From Polyangiaceae bacterium (GTDB lineage: Bacteria > Myxococcota_A > Polyangia > Polyangiales > Polyangiaceae): a stretch of DNA of 64,000 nt. A program made the translations under genes and the position numbers. The stretch spans positions 1 to 64,000 of the forward strand of contig JANRKO010000080.1 of the NCBI GenBank assembly GCA_033763455.1, given 5' to 3'. Below the pieces are notes generated by a model that worked only from the letters and a program-made list of their open reading frames with translations, had not been told where the DNA came from and did no database searches. Within the stretch, counting starts at the first letter, position 1. The number at the start of each line of letters is the position of its first letter. Below are positions 48,101 to 56,419 of the stretch, in pieces.

Positions 48101-49411
48101 GAAAATCAGCCTGAAATCGTCAGTGTGGCCGTTGTGAACAACCGAGCTGACCGGGTGCCGCGCTCACGGGTGTTCGCTGAGCTCCTGGTAAAAGATGCCG
48201 CGTGCGACGTCATTGTTCTTATCAATTCAAATTTGATCGCGATGCGACGGTTCCTTCTGGAGAATGTTGCGCAGGTAACCCTTGGCGTCGCGTTTCAGGC
48301 CACAGGAGGCCCTGCGGCCGTCGCCCAGGCAACCTCGGTATTAGACGAGCTTTGGCAGAGGTTCCGCATTCTGAATAAGCGTTCGGTGGTTCGACGCAAG
48401 TTGGAGCTTATTGTTCTCGCGAGCGGCCTCGACATTGCTCTCGTTGAAAAGCTCTGTGAAAAACTCGATGAAGTGTCGGTGCCCGAGATCGAGGGCCTCG
48501 TGCGTGCGGCGAGTCCGGCGGCTCCGCCAGGTTCGGAGGCGCTGGACCCAAGTGTTCCATCTTCGCTCCCAAGTGACGAAGACACGCTTCGTCACATCGT
48601 CCAAATGGTGGAGTCTTATCAGATCGCCGTGCAGGCGCGGCAGGCCGTTCTTTCGGCCGTTGAACAAGGTCAAGCTGGGCAAGCGCGACGAAAGCTGGAT
48701 GAGGCGCTTTTGAAGCTTCTAGAGCGGCGAATTTGCGTTCTCATGGACGTGCGCGCCAATGGCGATCAGGTAATCGACTTCATCGCCGACCAGGTGCCTC
48801 CCGGGCACCGTGCACATTTGCTTGGGTGCCAGAACATCAAGGGAACCGGGCTTGATTTCGTCTATCGCTGGATCTCTATGGAGCAGGTGTTTCGTACTCT
48901 GGAGGGCCTTCGGTCAGAGCCGGATCGGCGCGCGGACCACTTGCAGGCACTCATCGAACACACTGACTACGGTTACTTCGATGCGCGGGACGCCCACGCA
49001 CGGCTCTTAGAGTTGGCACACGACCCGGGGTTTGATGGCCTCCGGGCAGAGTTGAGCGTAGCGGAGCGGCACCTAGCCGGAGTTGTGGCTGCGCGCCTTG
49101 CCAAGCTCAAGGGGGGCTCGACAACAACACGGCTGAGCCAAGTACTCGGACACATCGAGCCCTGGTTCGACCACCTGGACTCCATCCATCGCACGCGGTT
49201 CGCTCAGCGCGTATTGCGCCAGCTTTGCGCACAGCAGATCGGGCAGGGGCGCGCGGCAGAACTTCTGCGAGAGGTCACGGCACGTGGGAAAGGCGGGTGG
49301 CTGTACGCGATGGCCAAAAGTAGGCTGCCTCGGCTCACCGCAAAAGGGGCCCCAAAAACAAGAGGGGCCCCAAAAGCAAAAGAGGCCCCGAAGAAGTCCG
49401 ACCGAGGTTAA
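45149..49411 (+). CDS. capB: Poly-gamma-glutamate synthase CapB/PgsB (Mur-ligase fold) fused to an N-terminal HEAT-repeat region
   Basis: RIPLRIGGWGSRGKS P-loop (47330), VKTTG, WECMALQP, TNAYPDHEDIMGP, NGMSANE, NNRADRVPRS and LGCQNIKG are collinear with CapB motifs; HEAT motifs DPSEHVRQG and DPSPSVRGYA. Confidence 0.88.
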   Translation: MSLDALAEDLARRLTPLLPLLDARVRQPALLAVTGRAVMLNHGHVETSSRLLVGLVRAAAEACSALAQHRKQREQIIQTYHGKESPEERRQVITDALPALASSPAQLAADLAATRRNLGIEALMERLQERLSDDVDQVEVAYKAARAVVALISAEAQSLAGHEVEALLALAFKHVCANHHDAISIVALEFTEALLGTLRANDRLLVLTPDRYTAFRKLALEPNLNPWVRVAALGACIVAAPKHGVALLEQVLDDRTGRDAQILRHRAVKRLLEVEPERSRLLALIRQIRSDPSEHVRQGLCWFLARTNDGAPNLGALCLSDPSPSVRGYALRELSRSAAASGQGLDVLLATVLELLKKAATGTDAPIVLRVLLEEITRHATASPRAFPLTPFVKPLEALLAATSVASSLKANVAELLLKLEIYSDAELLDLCREFEAHLEELEEGQSRIVDLPSQASEEQVEKALMVAGRHDLSISARWAGSGSLVIMRGEPRGWRLWRTLFEVRTPAPDKRQGYAHSKARVRFGTIYIAPRGLAEVTPTRVPGERQWYPDLGGWGEFLPRVDDLLFVSGLSARARRIVTAFGTLVISPPVSFYRRLKNYFQLTFHYERWSQLRERSLRAKQPDERLQFSEHVASLGYTVRLSNTESEASGVKCDRRPAHAEHYLSLALPFWFDDLINSGLSSSGNSAWHLAIVIWLAFCGMIVRSAWIRRNIERARRRIPLRIGGWGSRGKSGTERIKAALFHAMRYETVVKTTGCEAMFIHARRDQPAREMFVYRPYDKATIWEQRNVLETASRLKAQVFLWECMALQPVFVRQLMLDWMQDKLATLTNAYPDHEDIMGPSGEDVARVIASFMPENGVAFTAEDQMFPIIADSARRRHTELHTVTDTDAQLLPKDLLDRFPYQEHPKNIALVLALAAHLGVEPDWAMVKMADYVVPDLGVLKTYPEIVVRNRKMKFSNGMSANERAGFLSNWQRLGFDVLDAENQPEIVSVAVVNNRADRVPRSRVFAELLVKDAACDVIVLINSNLIAMRRFLLENVAQVTLGVAFQATGGPAAVAQATSVLDELWQRFRILNKRSVVRRKLELIVLASGLDIALVEKLCEKLDEVSVPEIEGLVRAASPAAPPGSEALDPSVPSSLPSDEDTLRHIVQMVESYQIAVQARQAVLSAVEQGQAGQARRKLDEALLKLLERRICVLMDVRANGDQVIDFIADQVPPGHRAHLLGCQNIKGTGLDFVYRWISMEQVFRTLEGLRSEPDRRADHLQALIEHTDYGYFDARDAHARLLELAHDPGFDGLRAELSVAERHLAGVVAARLAKLKGGSTTTRLSQVLGHIEPWFDHLDSIHRTRFAQRVLRQLCAQQIGQGRAAELLREVTARGKGGWLYAMAKSRLPRLTAKGAPKTRGAPKAKEAPKKSDRG
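49343..49396 (+). repeat. Imperfect 18-bp tandem repeat x3 at the capB 3' end (KGAPKT/RGAPKA/KEAPKK)
   Basis: aaaggggccccaaaaaca / agaggggccccaaaagca / aaagaggccccgaagaag. Confidence 0.75.
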
Positions 49412-49412
49412 C

Positions 49413-50795
49413 TTAGATGGGGGCTGGTTTTTGTTCCAGCGCCTTAGCCATCAGTGCAGGCAGCTTACCCATACGCTCTGCAACCGCCGAAAGGCGCGTT
49501 TCTTGGAAAGTTGCAAGCGTTGAGTGGATCGTGTTGTTGAAGGGTTGAAGCCAGCGTGGCTCTAGGCTGCCGGGTTCGTGGAATGCGCCGAGAATGGAGC
49601 CACAGGTGCAGCCAAAGCTGTCAGTATCGTTGCCTTGCGATACCTGCATGCAGATGCCCTCGCCAACATTTTTGGCGAAGCGGAGCGTGTTCATCACGGT
49701 GCCGATCTCCTGGTAGATCCTACAGTTACCAAAATCGCCGTACGCGTTGTGGACGCGCTCGTACCCCTCCAGCCAATTTGAGGATGTTTCCACCAGCTTC
49801 AGGCAATTGCGGTAGGCATCTGCGAAGCGGCTATTCTGCGGTACATATTGGCCTGCGATGCGGAAGATCTCCAAAGGATCTTTCACGACGAAGGCCGCGG
49901 CAATGGCAGCAGCTGTGAACATGGTCCCATAGATGCCGGTGCGCGTGTGCGTGAAGCTAGCGTCTCGCCAGGCGAGCTCGGATGCCAGAGCCGGGTTGCC
50001 CGCGCACGCATAGCCATAAGCGTCGGCACGAATCAGCGCTCCACAGAATTCATCGTGCGGGTTCAACAGGCTCACCCATTCATCGTAGGGAGCATCCGCA
50101 TCGTAAAACGGGAACTCCGGATCATGGTGCATCGACCAAAGGCTGGCGCTGATGTTGACTACACGCTCGGGGCCCCAGCACCACCATGTTGCTAGGTTCT
50201 TAATCCAGGCATCCGCAAGGTGTTTTCGCTCCAGATTAAGCCCGTGTTTCTCCAGCAGCAACATCCCAAGAATCGAGTAGTTGATGTCATCATCGGGTGC
50301 CACAAAAGTGATGCGCTCGCGCACTGTAACCGGCCAATCCGGGTGCCGATAGGCGAGTGGTTCCAACATGGCCTCCGTGATGTAGTCGTTGAGTGGCCAG
50401 GCTCCAACCTTTTCGGCCGCACTTCTGATCGTAGGAAGGTCGAGCCAACCCTCGATGGGTTTCCCCAAAATGCATCCCGCCACGGAGCTCAAGAACGCGG
50501 CCTCCACGCATGGCGCAATCTGAACAGGATCTACGACAACGAGCGGGCGAAGAGCCCGTTTGGGATCGCTTTCGGCCTGGATGCTCAAAAGGTCATCGGG
50601 CTCAACATACTTCCAATCGGGGCGCATCGGTTGCTTCACCAAGCGCTGAGCTAGCTCCATGAGGGCGTCGTAGCTTTTTTGGGGAGCTAGGCGCTCAAGC
50701 TCTTCGTCAAAGCCATCAATGACATGGCCTTGGCTGCCTTTGCTTTTGATCATGCCTTTGATTTGCTTAACAACGAGCTCAATGGACGGCATCAT
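49413..50795 (-). CDS. ADP-ribosylglycohydrolase-family protein
   Basis: GCILGKPIE, PDDDINY, CGALIRAD, DASFTH, GNDTDSFG metal-binding motifs. Confidence 0.88.
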   Translation of the reverse strand: MMPSIELVVKQIKGMIKSKGSQGHVIDGFDEELERLAPQKSYDALMELAQRLVKQPMRPDWKYVEPDDLLSIQAESDPKRALRPLVVVDPVQIAPCVEAAFLSSVAGCILGKPIEGWLDLPTIRSAAEKVGAWPLNDYITEAMLEPLAYRHPDWPVTVRERITFVAPDDDINYSILGMLLLEKHGLNLERKHLADAWIKNLATWWCWGPERVVNISASLWSMHHDPEFPFYDADAPYDEWVSLLNPHDEFCGALIRADAYGYACAGNPALASELAWRDASFTHTRTGIYGTMFTAAAIAAAFVVKDPLEIFRIAGQYVPQNSRFADAYRNCLKLVETSSNWLEGYERVHNAYGDFGNCRIYQEIGTVMNTLRFAKNVGEGICMQVSQGNDTDSFGCTCGSILGAFHEPGSLEPRWLQPFNNTIHSTLATFQETRLSAVAERMGKLPALMAKALEQKPAPI

Positions 50796-50866
50796 GGCGT
50801 TGCACCTTTGAAGGAGGGGAATGTTCGCGGTCGCGCACTTCACACCTAGCGCGTTCTTCGGGCAAT

Positions 50867-51361
50867 TCAAAGCTTCCGCTGTGGGTAAGGAGCACCGGCC
50901 TTGTTGGCCCACGTCCATTTGCCGTCGAGCAGGAGCCCCTTTAGGTCGTCGTCGGGGTAGGTCGCTTCGTCGCCTGGTGAGCGATCCCCAATCTCCAGGT
51001 ACACCACTTCTTCGGTGCTGGTGTTAGCCAGACAGTGTGCGTTGCCGGTTCCTGCCTTAAAGCCAGCGCACATTCCTGGGCAAAGTTGGGTATCGCCTTC
51101 ATCTGTTCGCAAAGTGGGTTGCCCTTGCAGGATGTAGACGAATTCGTCCTGAGTCTTATGGGCGTGGCGCAGCGCGGAGACGGCTCCTGGCGCCAGCCGT
51201 GTTAGGTTTACTCCGAAGTTGGTCAGGCCAAAGATGCTGCCAAGTACGCGTTTCTCACGACCAATCATACGTGAGGCGAAGGGCTCAGGGTACACAGAAG
51301 GTGTGGTGCGGAGGGGCGCTTCGGCCGCCACTATGGCAGTGGGTAGTTTTGCGTCAGTCAT
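50867..51361 (-). CDS. Cupin-domain protein
   Basis: SVYPEPF, GLTNFGVNL, HAHKTQDEFVYILQG, GNAHCL, YLEIGDR motifs; AAGGA SD. Confidence 0.88.
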   Translation of the reverse strand: MTDAKLPTAIVAAEAPLRTTPSVYPEPFASRMIGREKRVLGSIFGLTNFGVNLTRLAPGAVSALRHAHKTQDEFVYILQGQPTLRTDEGDTQLCPGMCAGFKAGTGNAHCLANTSTEEVVYLEIGDRSPGDEATYPDDDLKGLLLDGKWTWANKAGAPYPQRKL

Positions 51362-51543
51362 GTCGTTGTCCTTGGTTGATGCCCCAAAGTTGCGCTGTTT
51401 GCGTGCCATCGGTGATTGAAAGCACGTTGTTTAGGCGTCTTGGTCGCCGGAAACAAGCCAGGCACCGCACGTGCCTTGCTTGGCCTAATATCAGTTGCTA
51501 GTGCGTGTGCCGCAAGCAACTCCCCCATTGGAGCTACCCCGAA

Positions 51544-52437
51544 ATGCGTTTTACACCGGAACACGTCTCGCAATGGCGAGAAGAAGGCTTCACAGTAATT
51601 GAGAATTTCTTCTCGGCGGAGGAGTGTGCGCCAGTTTTGGCCGACTATGAGGCGCTATATGGGCACATTCCCCAGGCGCTTGCGGCAAAAAGTAATGAGG
51701 GCACCCCGGTAAATGAGTCGCAGTTTCAGCACATCGATTCATTGCCGTTTCGCGGTTCTAGCGCCATCAACCTCATGCCGCTGCACCCTCAACTCATAGC
51801 TTTTGCCAAGGCGCTGCTCGGGGTGGATGAGGTTCACCTCTACCAGGCGCATACTTGGGCGAAGTTTACGGGTGCTACCGACTATGATCAGAAGTTTCAC
51901 TGTGATTTTGGAAACCACACGTTAACTGTTCCGTCTGAAGACGTGAGTCAGCGCACGGTAGATTTTATCTTCTACTTCACCGATGTTACACGCGCGCACG
52001 GCGCGCTTCGTTACGTTACCAAGCCCGACGTGATCGCGACGCTCGGGCACCTGGGGCTAGAGCGCCCGAACGATGAGGAAAATCAGCGTTTGTTGCAGAA
52101 AGAGCGCGCGGTTGAGGTCCCCGCCGGCTCGCTGGTTGCCCATGGCATTGATACCATGCACCGAGGGAGCAACCTTACCGCGCCGAACGGGCGCAGATTC
52201 TCGATGACAGTGGGGTACAAAGCCGCGGGCAACGACAATATCGGCTTTCACGTCTGGCAAGTTCAGCCCAACAGCACCTGGCCGTTGGTGTTCAAACATG
52301 CGAGCCCGGAGCAATTGGCATGCCTTGGCATTCCGAGGCCTGGCGCTCCTTTTTGGACCCAGTGGACGCTTGAGCAGACTCAGGCTCGTTGGCCCGATTG
52401 GGACATGCGGGAATACTTCGCTCAGCGAAGTCGCTGA
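51544..52437 (+). CDS. PhyH-family Fe(II)/2OG oxygenase (paralogue of 14759-15664)
   Basis: EGFTVIENFF, HCD (HxD), MHRG; shares WAK...YDQ..H.D.GNH with the first copy. Confidence 0.85.
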   Translation: MRFTPEHVSQWREEGFTVIENFFSAEECAPVLADYEALYGHIPQALAAKSNEGTPVNESQFQHIDSLPFRGSSAINLMPLHPQLIAFAKALLGVDEVHLYQAHTWAKFTGATDYDQKFHCDFGNHTLTVPSEDVSQRTVDFIFYFTDVTRAHGALRYVTKPDVIATLGHLGLERPNDEENQRLLQKERAVEVPAGSLVAHGIDTMHRGSNLTAPNGRRFSMTVGYKAAGNDNIGFHVWQVQPNSTWPLVFKHASPEQLACLGIPRPGAPFWTQWTLEQTQARWPDWDMREYFAQRSR

Positions 52438-52446
52438 GCCTGCTCG

Positions 52447-52755
52447 TTAGGCGCTTGCGCTCAGCGCTTGCGGCGGTACGGCGACGGCGAGAGTCGGCAT
52501 TGCAACGTCGCGCATGTCGATAGTCCCCGACGCGTGAGAGGTGAGCGCCATCGCTCGCACCATCAGCTCGATCCGATTCGAGCACTCCGCCTTTTTGAGG
52601 ATGCGCGTGATGTGTGCCTCTACTGTCTTGATTGAGCGGCTCAATTCGCGCGCGATGGTGCTATTGGGCGTCCCCGTCACAAGTAGGTGGACAACGATTT
52701 TCTCCACTTCCGTAAGGTTCCAGTGGCTTGAAAGTTCTTCGATTGCGATTGACAT
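52447..52755 (-). CDS. Stand-alone LuxR-type HTH regulator
   Basis: LTEVEKIVVHLLVTGTPNSTIARELSRSIKTVEAHITRILKK; GGAGG SD. Confidence 0.85.
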   Translation of the reverse strand: MSIAIEELSSHWNLTEVEKIVVHLLVTGTPNSTIARELSRSIKTVEAHITRILKKAECSNRIELMVRAMALTSHASGTIDMRDVAMPTLAVAVPPQALSASA

Positions 52756-52809
52756 GGTGCCTCCCTGATTGTGCTTAAAGCCTGCGTGGCTCTGAGGTGC
52801 CTGGGCTTA

Positions 52810-52825
52810 AGCATGGGTTGTGCCA
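52810..52825 (-). promoter_or_regulatory. Sigma54 -24/-12 promoter for the LuxR-type gene
   Basis: Minus strand TGGCACAACCCATGCT with GG-N10-GC spacing, 55 nt upstream of the ATG. Confidence 0.6.
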
Positions 52826-53134
52826 ATGCATTCTGCGCACTGAATTGGGCTCAATTGGCGGAGGTGAGCCAGGATGTGGCACATCAGAAGGGGCCTCGGA
52901 AGTGTGCCAATGTTGTGCCAAATCCGCGCCCACCGTCGTGGTACGCGGCGGAGTGCGGCCCCCATTTTTTCGTCGTCGTGGGTACTTAGCATGACAAGTA
53001 TCGCTTGGCAGAACCGCAGGCGACCCAGGCGTCGACGCGTTGTGCCGCGAGCGGCAAGTTGTGCTTACCCCAGGAGTTCGATCGTGAACGGCGGCGCTTT
53101 ACCAGAGGGGCACGCTGAAGCAACATGCAGAACA

Positions 53135-54316
53135 ATGCCATTGCGACGGCCTCGCGTCGGGAACCGCCGGAAGACCGCGAAGGTTGCGGGCTGCACGCTG
53201 GTCGCTGCGGCCCTCGGCAGTTGCTGGGTGAGCATTGCTCCGCCCGCGGAGGATCTACCTTTCGGGCTAGCTGGTACCGGTTCTCTGGACACCGGTGGTG
53301 CTGCCGTGGTTTTGGGAGGCGGTGGGAGCATGTCCACCACCGGCGGCGCTGACGGCGTGGGTGGTGCCAACAGTGCGGGTGGCTCGGAGCCAGCAAATTC
53401 GGTCGACTGCAAAGCCGACGAAAAGGTTTGCGGCGGTCGTTGTGTAAAGCTTGTTGATCCACTCACGGGATGCGCCGATCCCGATTGCGCACCCTGCAAT
53501 CTGCACGGGGATGCTTCCTGCAACAATATGGGGGCATGTGTCGTCGAAAGCTGTGCCTCAGGCTGGGCCAACTGTGACGGAAGTGCTCGGAACGGTTGTG
53601 AACACCAATTTGGGGACTCTGTGCTGGACACAAGCCCTGGCTCACCGCTTCTCGTTAGCGAAATTGCTTTACCGCCGATGGCAAGCGATTGGGCTATAGT
53701 GCCGCTAGCTCCAGTGGCAAAAGCGTGCGCTGGGTGCATCGCAAGCATGCCCGGTGGCAAAAATGAGCCAGCAATCGTGAACGTTGGAGAAGCTCCTCCG
53801 TGGAACGATATTTCAGCATATTTTCGCTTGGGCCATAACGCCAACGCGCTATATCTGGAGGCTCTGGTGTTCGACAATGAGTTGATTGCGGGCAGCTCCG
53901 CGCTCCCGCTCCCGCCTCTTGAGCAAGACTCTATCCTGGTGCTGTTCGACGGCAAACACGATGGAGGTGGATATGGCGCTGACGACCACTACCTCCAGCT
54001 CGGGCTCAATGGCGCGGTCAACGAGCAGGAAAGGGCGAGCGATCCCGCCGGGGTCACCCTCGGGATCGAGAGCCTAGGGCCCGCGTGCTACCGGATGCAG
54101 GCCACGTTCACCTGGGCTTTCATCTCCGGGCTGGTTGGTACGCCCAACGTGCGCCCTCCGCCGGGTACCACCCTTGGTTTTGACGTCATGGCGAATGACG
54201 TAGATAGAAACCCAGAGAACAACATGCCGGAGCGCCAATCGTTGCTATTTTGGCAACTGCCGGGAACTACGTTTGCTTACAATACGGATGGCTTCCCGGC
54301 GATCACGTTGCAGTAG
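53135..54316 (+). CDS. Lipoprotein with Cys-rich repeats and a C-terminal CBM9/DOMON-like sugar-binding domain (start uncertain)
   Basis: AALGSC lipobox; Gly-rich linker; CGGRCV...CASGWANCDG...NGCE; DISAYFRLG...LYLEALVFD...DSILVLFDG...GFDVMANDVD. Confidence 0.65.
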   Translation: MPLRRPRVGNRRKTAKVAGCTLVAAALGSCWVSIAPPAEDLPFGLAGTGSLDTGGAAVVLGGGGSMSTTGGADGVGGANSAGGSEPANSVDCKADEKVCGGRCVKLVDPLTGCADPDCAPCNLHGDASCNNMGACVVESCASGWANCDGSARNGCEHQFGDSVLDTSPGSPLLVSEIALPPMASDWAIVPLAPVAKACAGCIASMPGGKNEPAIVNVGEAPPWNDISAYFRLGHNANALYLEALVFDNELIAGSSALPLPPLEQDSILVLFDGKHDGGGYGADDHYLQLGLNGAVNEQERASDPAGVTLGIESLGPACYRMQATFTWAFISGLVGTPNVRPPPGTTLGFDVMANDVDRNPENNMPERQSLLFWQLPGTTFAYNTDGFPAITLQ

Positions 54317-54325
54317 GCCAAAATG

Positions 54326-54362
54326 CCAAATCGCCGCGGGCGGGGAGCCGGCGGCGACTTGG
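54326..54362. terminator. Hairpin between convergent lipoprotein genes
   Basis: CCAAATCGCCGC ... GCGGCGACTTGG imperfect inverted repeat. Confidence 0.45.
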
Positions 54363-54381
54363 GGTTACGAACGCTGAGCGA

Positions 54382-55248
54382 TTACTGGGTGATTGCCTTC
54401 AGATTTTCAATGCAGAAGTCGAATGCAACAGCTCCCTGCATGGTGGAAGGGATCTGAAACTGGATCGACAATACTTGCGAAGCATCGATAGGTGTCTTGG
54501 TGGTGACCCAGCTGCCTTGCATCGCCTCGGTGAAAAGGACGGTATTTTGTCCCACAACGCCGGCTTTGAAGTTGGAGTCCGTTGCCGTACTTGGGGTGGG
54601 TAGATTCACGCGGAGGCCCGGCGCCGTTCCTGTGAGCGTGAACGAGAAGCCCTTCACACCTTTGGACGCTGCGTTGTACGGAAGCTTCATAGCCATGGCT
54701 CCGCCGGAATTGTTCAGGTCGAGTGCGATGCCGGCGCCCCACTTGGTGGAGAATTCGGTAGGGGCCTTCACCTGAGCGGTGGTGCCGCTCGTGCACATCT
54801 TGCCGCCCACATTCGCGAACTCGCCCTTGGGAGGCATGTGGTTCGTCGTGCAATCACTGGGCGAGTCGTTGCAGTCGTTGTACGAGTACCAGGGGCCCTG
54901 GATACCGAGCGTGTTGCTGCCAGCGTCGACCCAACCGGTGGCGGTCGGAGTGAGGGCCTGTCCGCCCGTTGGGGCGGGAACCACGGGCGTGGTGCCGGTG
55001 GTGGTGGGCGTGACGTTCGGGGAGGTTGTCGTCGTGGTGGGGGCCGGCGTGGTGGGGGCTCCTGTGCCGGTGGGCACCGGAACTACGGTTGTGCCGGTTG
55101 GGACTGCGCCGGTAGTCATCGAACCTGTGGGGGCAGTCATTGCACGGTTGGGGTTTTGGTAGGCGTCGTCGCCTGCGCTACAGCCAGCGAGCGTTGTGGC
55201 CGTGAAGCCAAGCAGAAGGAACGTGGACGCGGAAGTTATGTGCTGCAT
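54382..55248 (-). CDS. Lipoprotein with a Pro/Thr linker and a galactose-binding-like (CBM11-like) domain
   Basis: TLAGC lipobox; PT-rich linker; GPWYSYND, WGAGIALDLN, GVKGFSF, LSIQFQI, FDFCIENL beta-sandwich pattern. Confidence 0.65.
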   Translation of the reverse strand: MQHITSASTFLLLGFTATTLAGCSAGDDAYQNPNRAMTAPTGSMTTGAVPTGTTVVPVPTGTGAPTTPAPTTTTTSPNVTPTTTGTTPVVPAPTGGQALTPTATGWVDAGSNTLGIQGPWYSYNDCNDSPSDCTTNHMPPKGEFANVGGKMCTSGTTAQVKAPTEFSTKWGAGIALDLNNSGGAMAMKLPYNAASKGVKGFSFTLTGTAPGLRVNLPTPSTATDSNFKAGVVGQNTVLFTEAMQGSWVTTKTPIDASQVLSIQFQIPSTMQGAVAFDFCIENLKAITQ

Positions 55249-55501
55249 AGTGTCTCCGATCGGGGAATAGCCCAGGTAAGCTGTGCCCTGGGTCGAAGTT
55301 GAATGTTCGACGCGCGCCCGGTTCGCGGTGTGCTGCGCCGACCCTGAGCGTTTTAGCTGCAGCTTAGCGACTTACAAGATGATCGATGTGATCGTCCCGG
55401 AGCTTGGCGGTTGCGTGGCGCTAACGTCGATGAAAATGAGGGAATCAAGTCGATTCGATGCGCCTGCGATCTACCGGATCGCTTCGTTTAGCCGTCGAAA
55501 T

Positions 55502-56416
55502 CTAAAATTCGAACTTCGGCGAGCTGAGCAGCAAGAGCCCGGTTCCCGTCGAGGCTGCAGCGCCCGCCCAGGCGAGATTCGTAAAAAGCCGAAGGCTGTG
55601 CGCTTGCGATTCCTTGCCCTTATCGCGATTGCCGGAGTCGTCCCAGGCTTGATTGGCCTGGAGGAACTTCACTCCTAATACTACAGCACCTCCAGCTAAC
55701 ACCGCTCCGGTGCCGACCCCAAACCAGCCCCAAAACTGCCTGTTGCTATCCGTTCTTGGTTGCTCCGGTCTAGGTGCGGTGAAAGCTGCCATGGGCGCAG
55801 CTTTTTGCGCGTTGTGCGACGTGGGCTGGGGTGAAGGTGCCGGCGCATTTGTCGGGCTGGCCTCGGCGTTCGTGGTGGGCGAAGTGCTTGGCAGGTTGAG
55901 CGTCTGCGCTTCGCCCGCAGCAAGCTTAATTTGTTTCGATAGGGTGGCGCCGTTCGGGTACACGATGCGGACCAGGTACGTTCCGGCGCCTAGGTGCGTG
56001 CGCACTGGAATCGACACGCGTTCCAAGTGGCCCACCGAAAGCTGCCCGCCGACCGGCTCAGGCACTAGCAGATAGCCGAGCGTCCGCTTCAGAACCTCCA
56101 AACGCGAACGCGCCTGGTCAAGGTTGGGCTCCTCCAGGCCACCAACGGCGAGCGCTGTTTCGAAGTTGTTTGCTGCTCGTTCGGGTTCGTTCGCCTCTTG
56201 CCACGCAACGGCTGCGTTGAAGAGGGCTTGGGCACGTGGGGCGAGGCGATACGCCTCCTCGAAAAGCCGAGCGGCTTCGGCATGGGCTCCTCGCTCGTGA
56301 GCTTCGGCGGCTTCATGGAAGCGCTCTTTGGCCAACGAGAGTTGCTCCGAACTCTCCGCGGCCTCGGCCCGGAGGGCGCACAACGTCACGAAAAGAAAAC
56401 AGGTGAAGGCGCGCAT
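55502..56416 (-). CDS. Exported TPR + PEGA-like protein of myxobacterial kinase clusters
   Basis: Signal peptide; TPR (AARLFEEAYRLAP..ALFNAA); PEGA-like beta segment; two C-terminal hydrophobic segments. Confidence 0.75.
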   Translation of the reverse strand: MRAFTCFLFVTLCALRAEAAESSEQLSLAKERFHEAAEAHERGAHAEAARLFEEAYRLAPRAQALFNAAVAWQEANEPERAANNFETALAVGGLEEPNLDQARSRLEVLKRTLGYLLVPEPVGGQLSVGHLERVSIPVRTHLGAGTYLVRIVYPNGATLSKQIKLAAGEAQTLNLPSTSPTTNAEASPTNAPAPSPQPTSHNAQKAAPMAAFTAPRPEQPRTDSNRQFWGWFGVGTGAVLAGGAVVLGVKFLQANQAWDDSGNRDKGKESQAHSLRLFTNLAWAGAAASTGTGLLLLSSPKFEF

Positions 56417-56419
56417 GAG

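Noticed and set aside
45149..49411. Mur ligase, FolC or cyanophycin synthetase as the identity of the ligase domain
   Set aside because: The motifs (KTTG, ECMA, DH.D.MGP, RADR..R) and the linked CapC favour CapB; there is no ATP-grasp domain as in CphA.
49413..50795. ADP-ribosylglycohydrolase as part of the cap-like operon or a toxin-immunity pair
   Set aside because: It is convergently oriented, and no ADP-ribosyltransferase is visible nearby.
52874..53134. N-terminal extensions in the ORF track (also 8547-8645, 23068-23154, 50796-50918)
   Set aside because: Downstream starts fit the signal peptides, SD motifs or family N-termini better.
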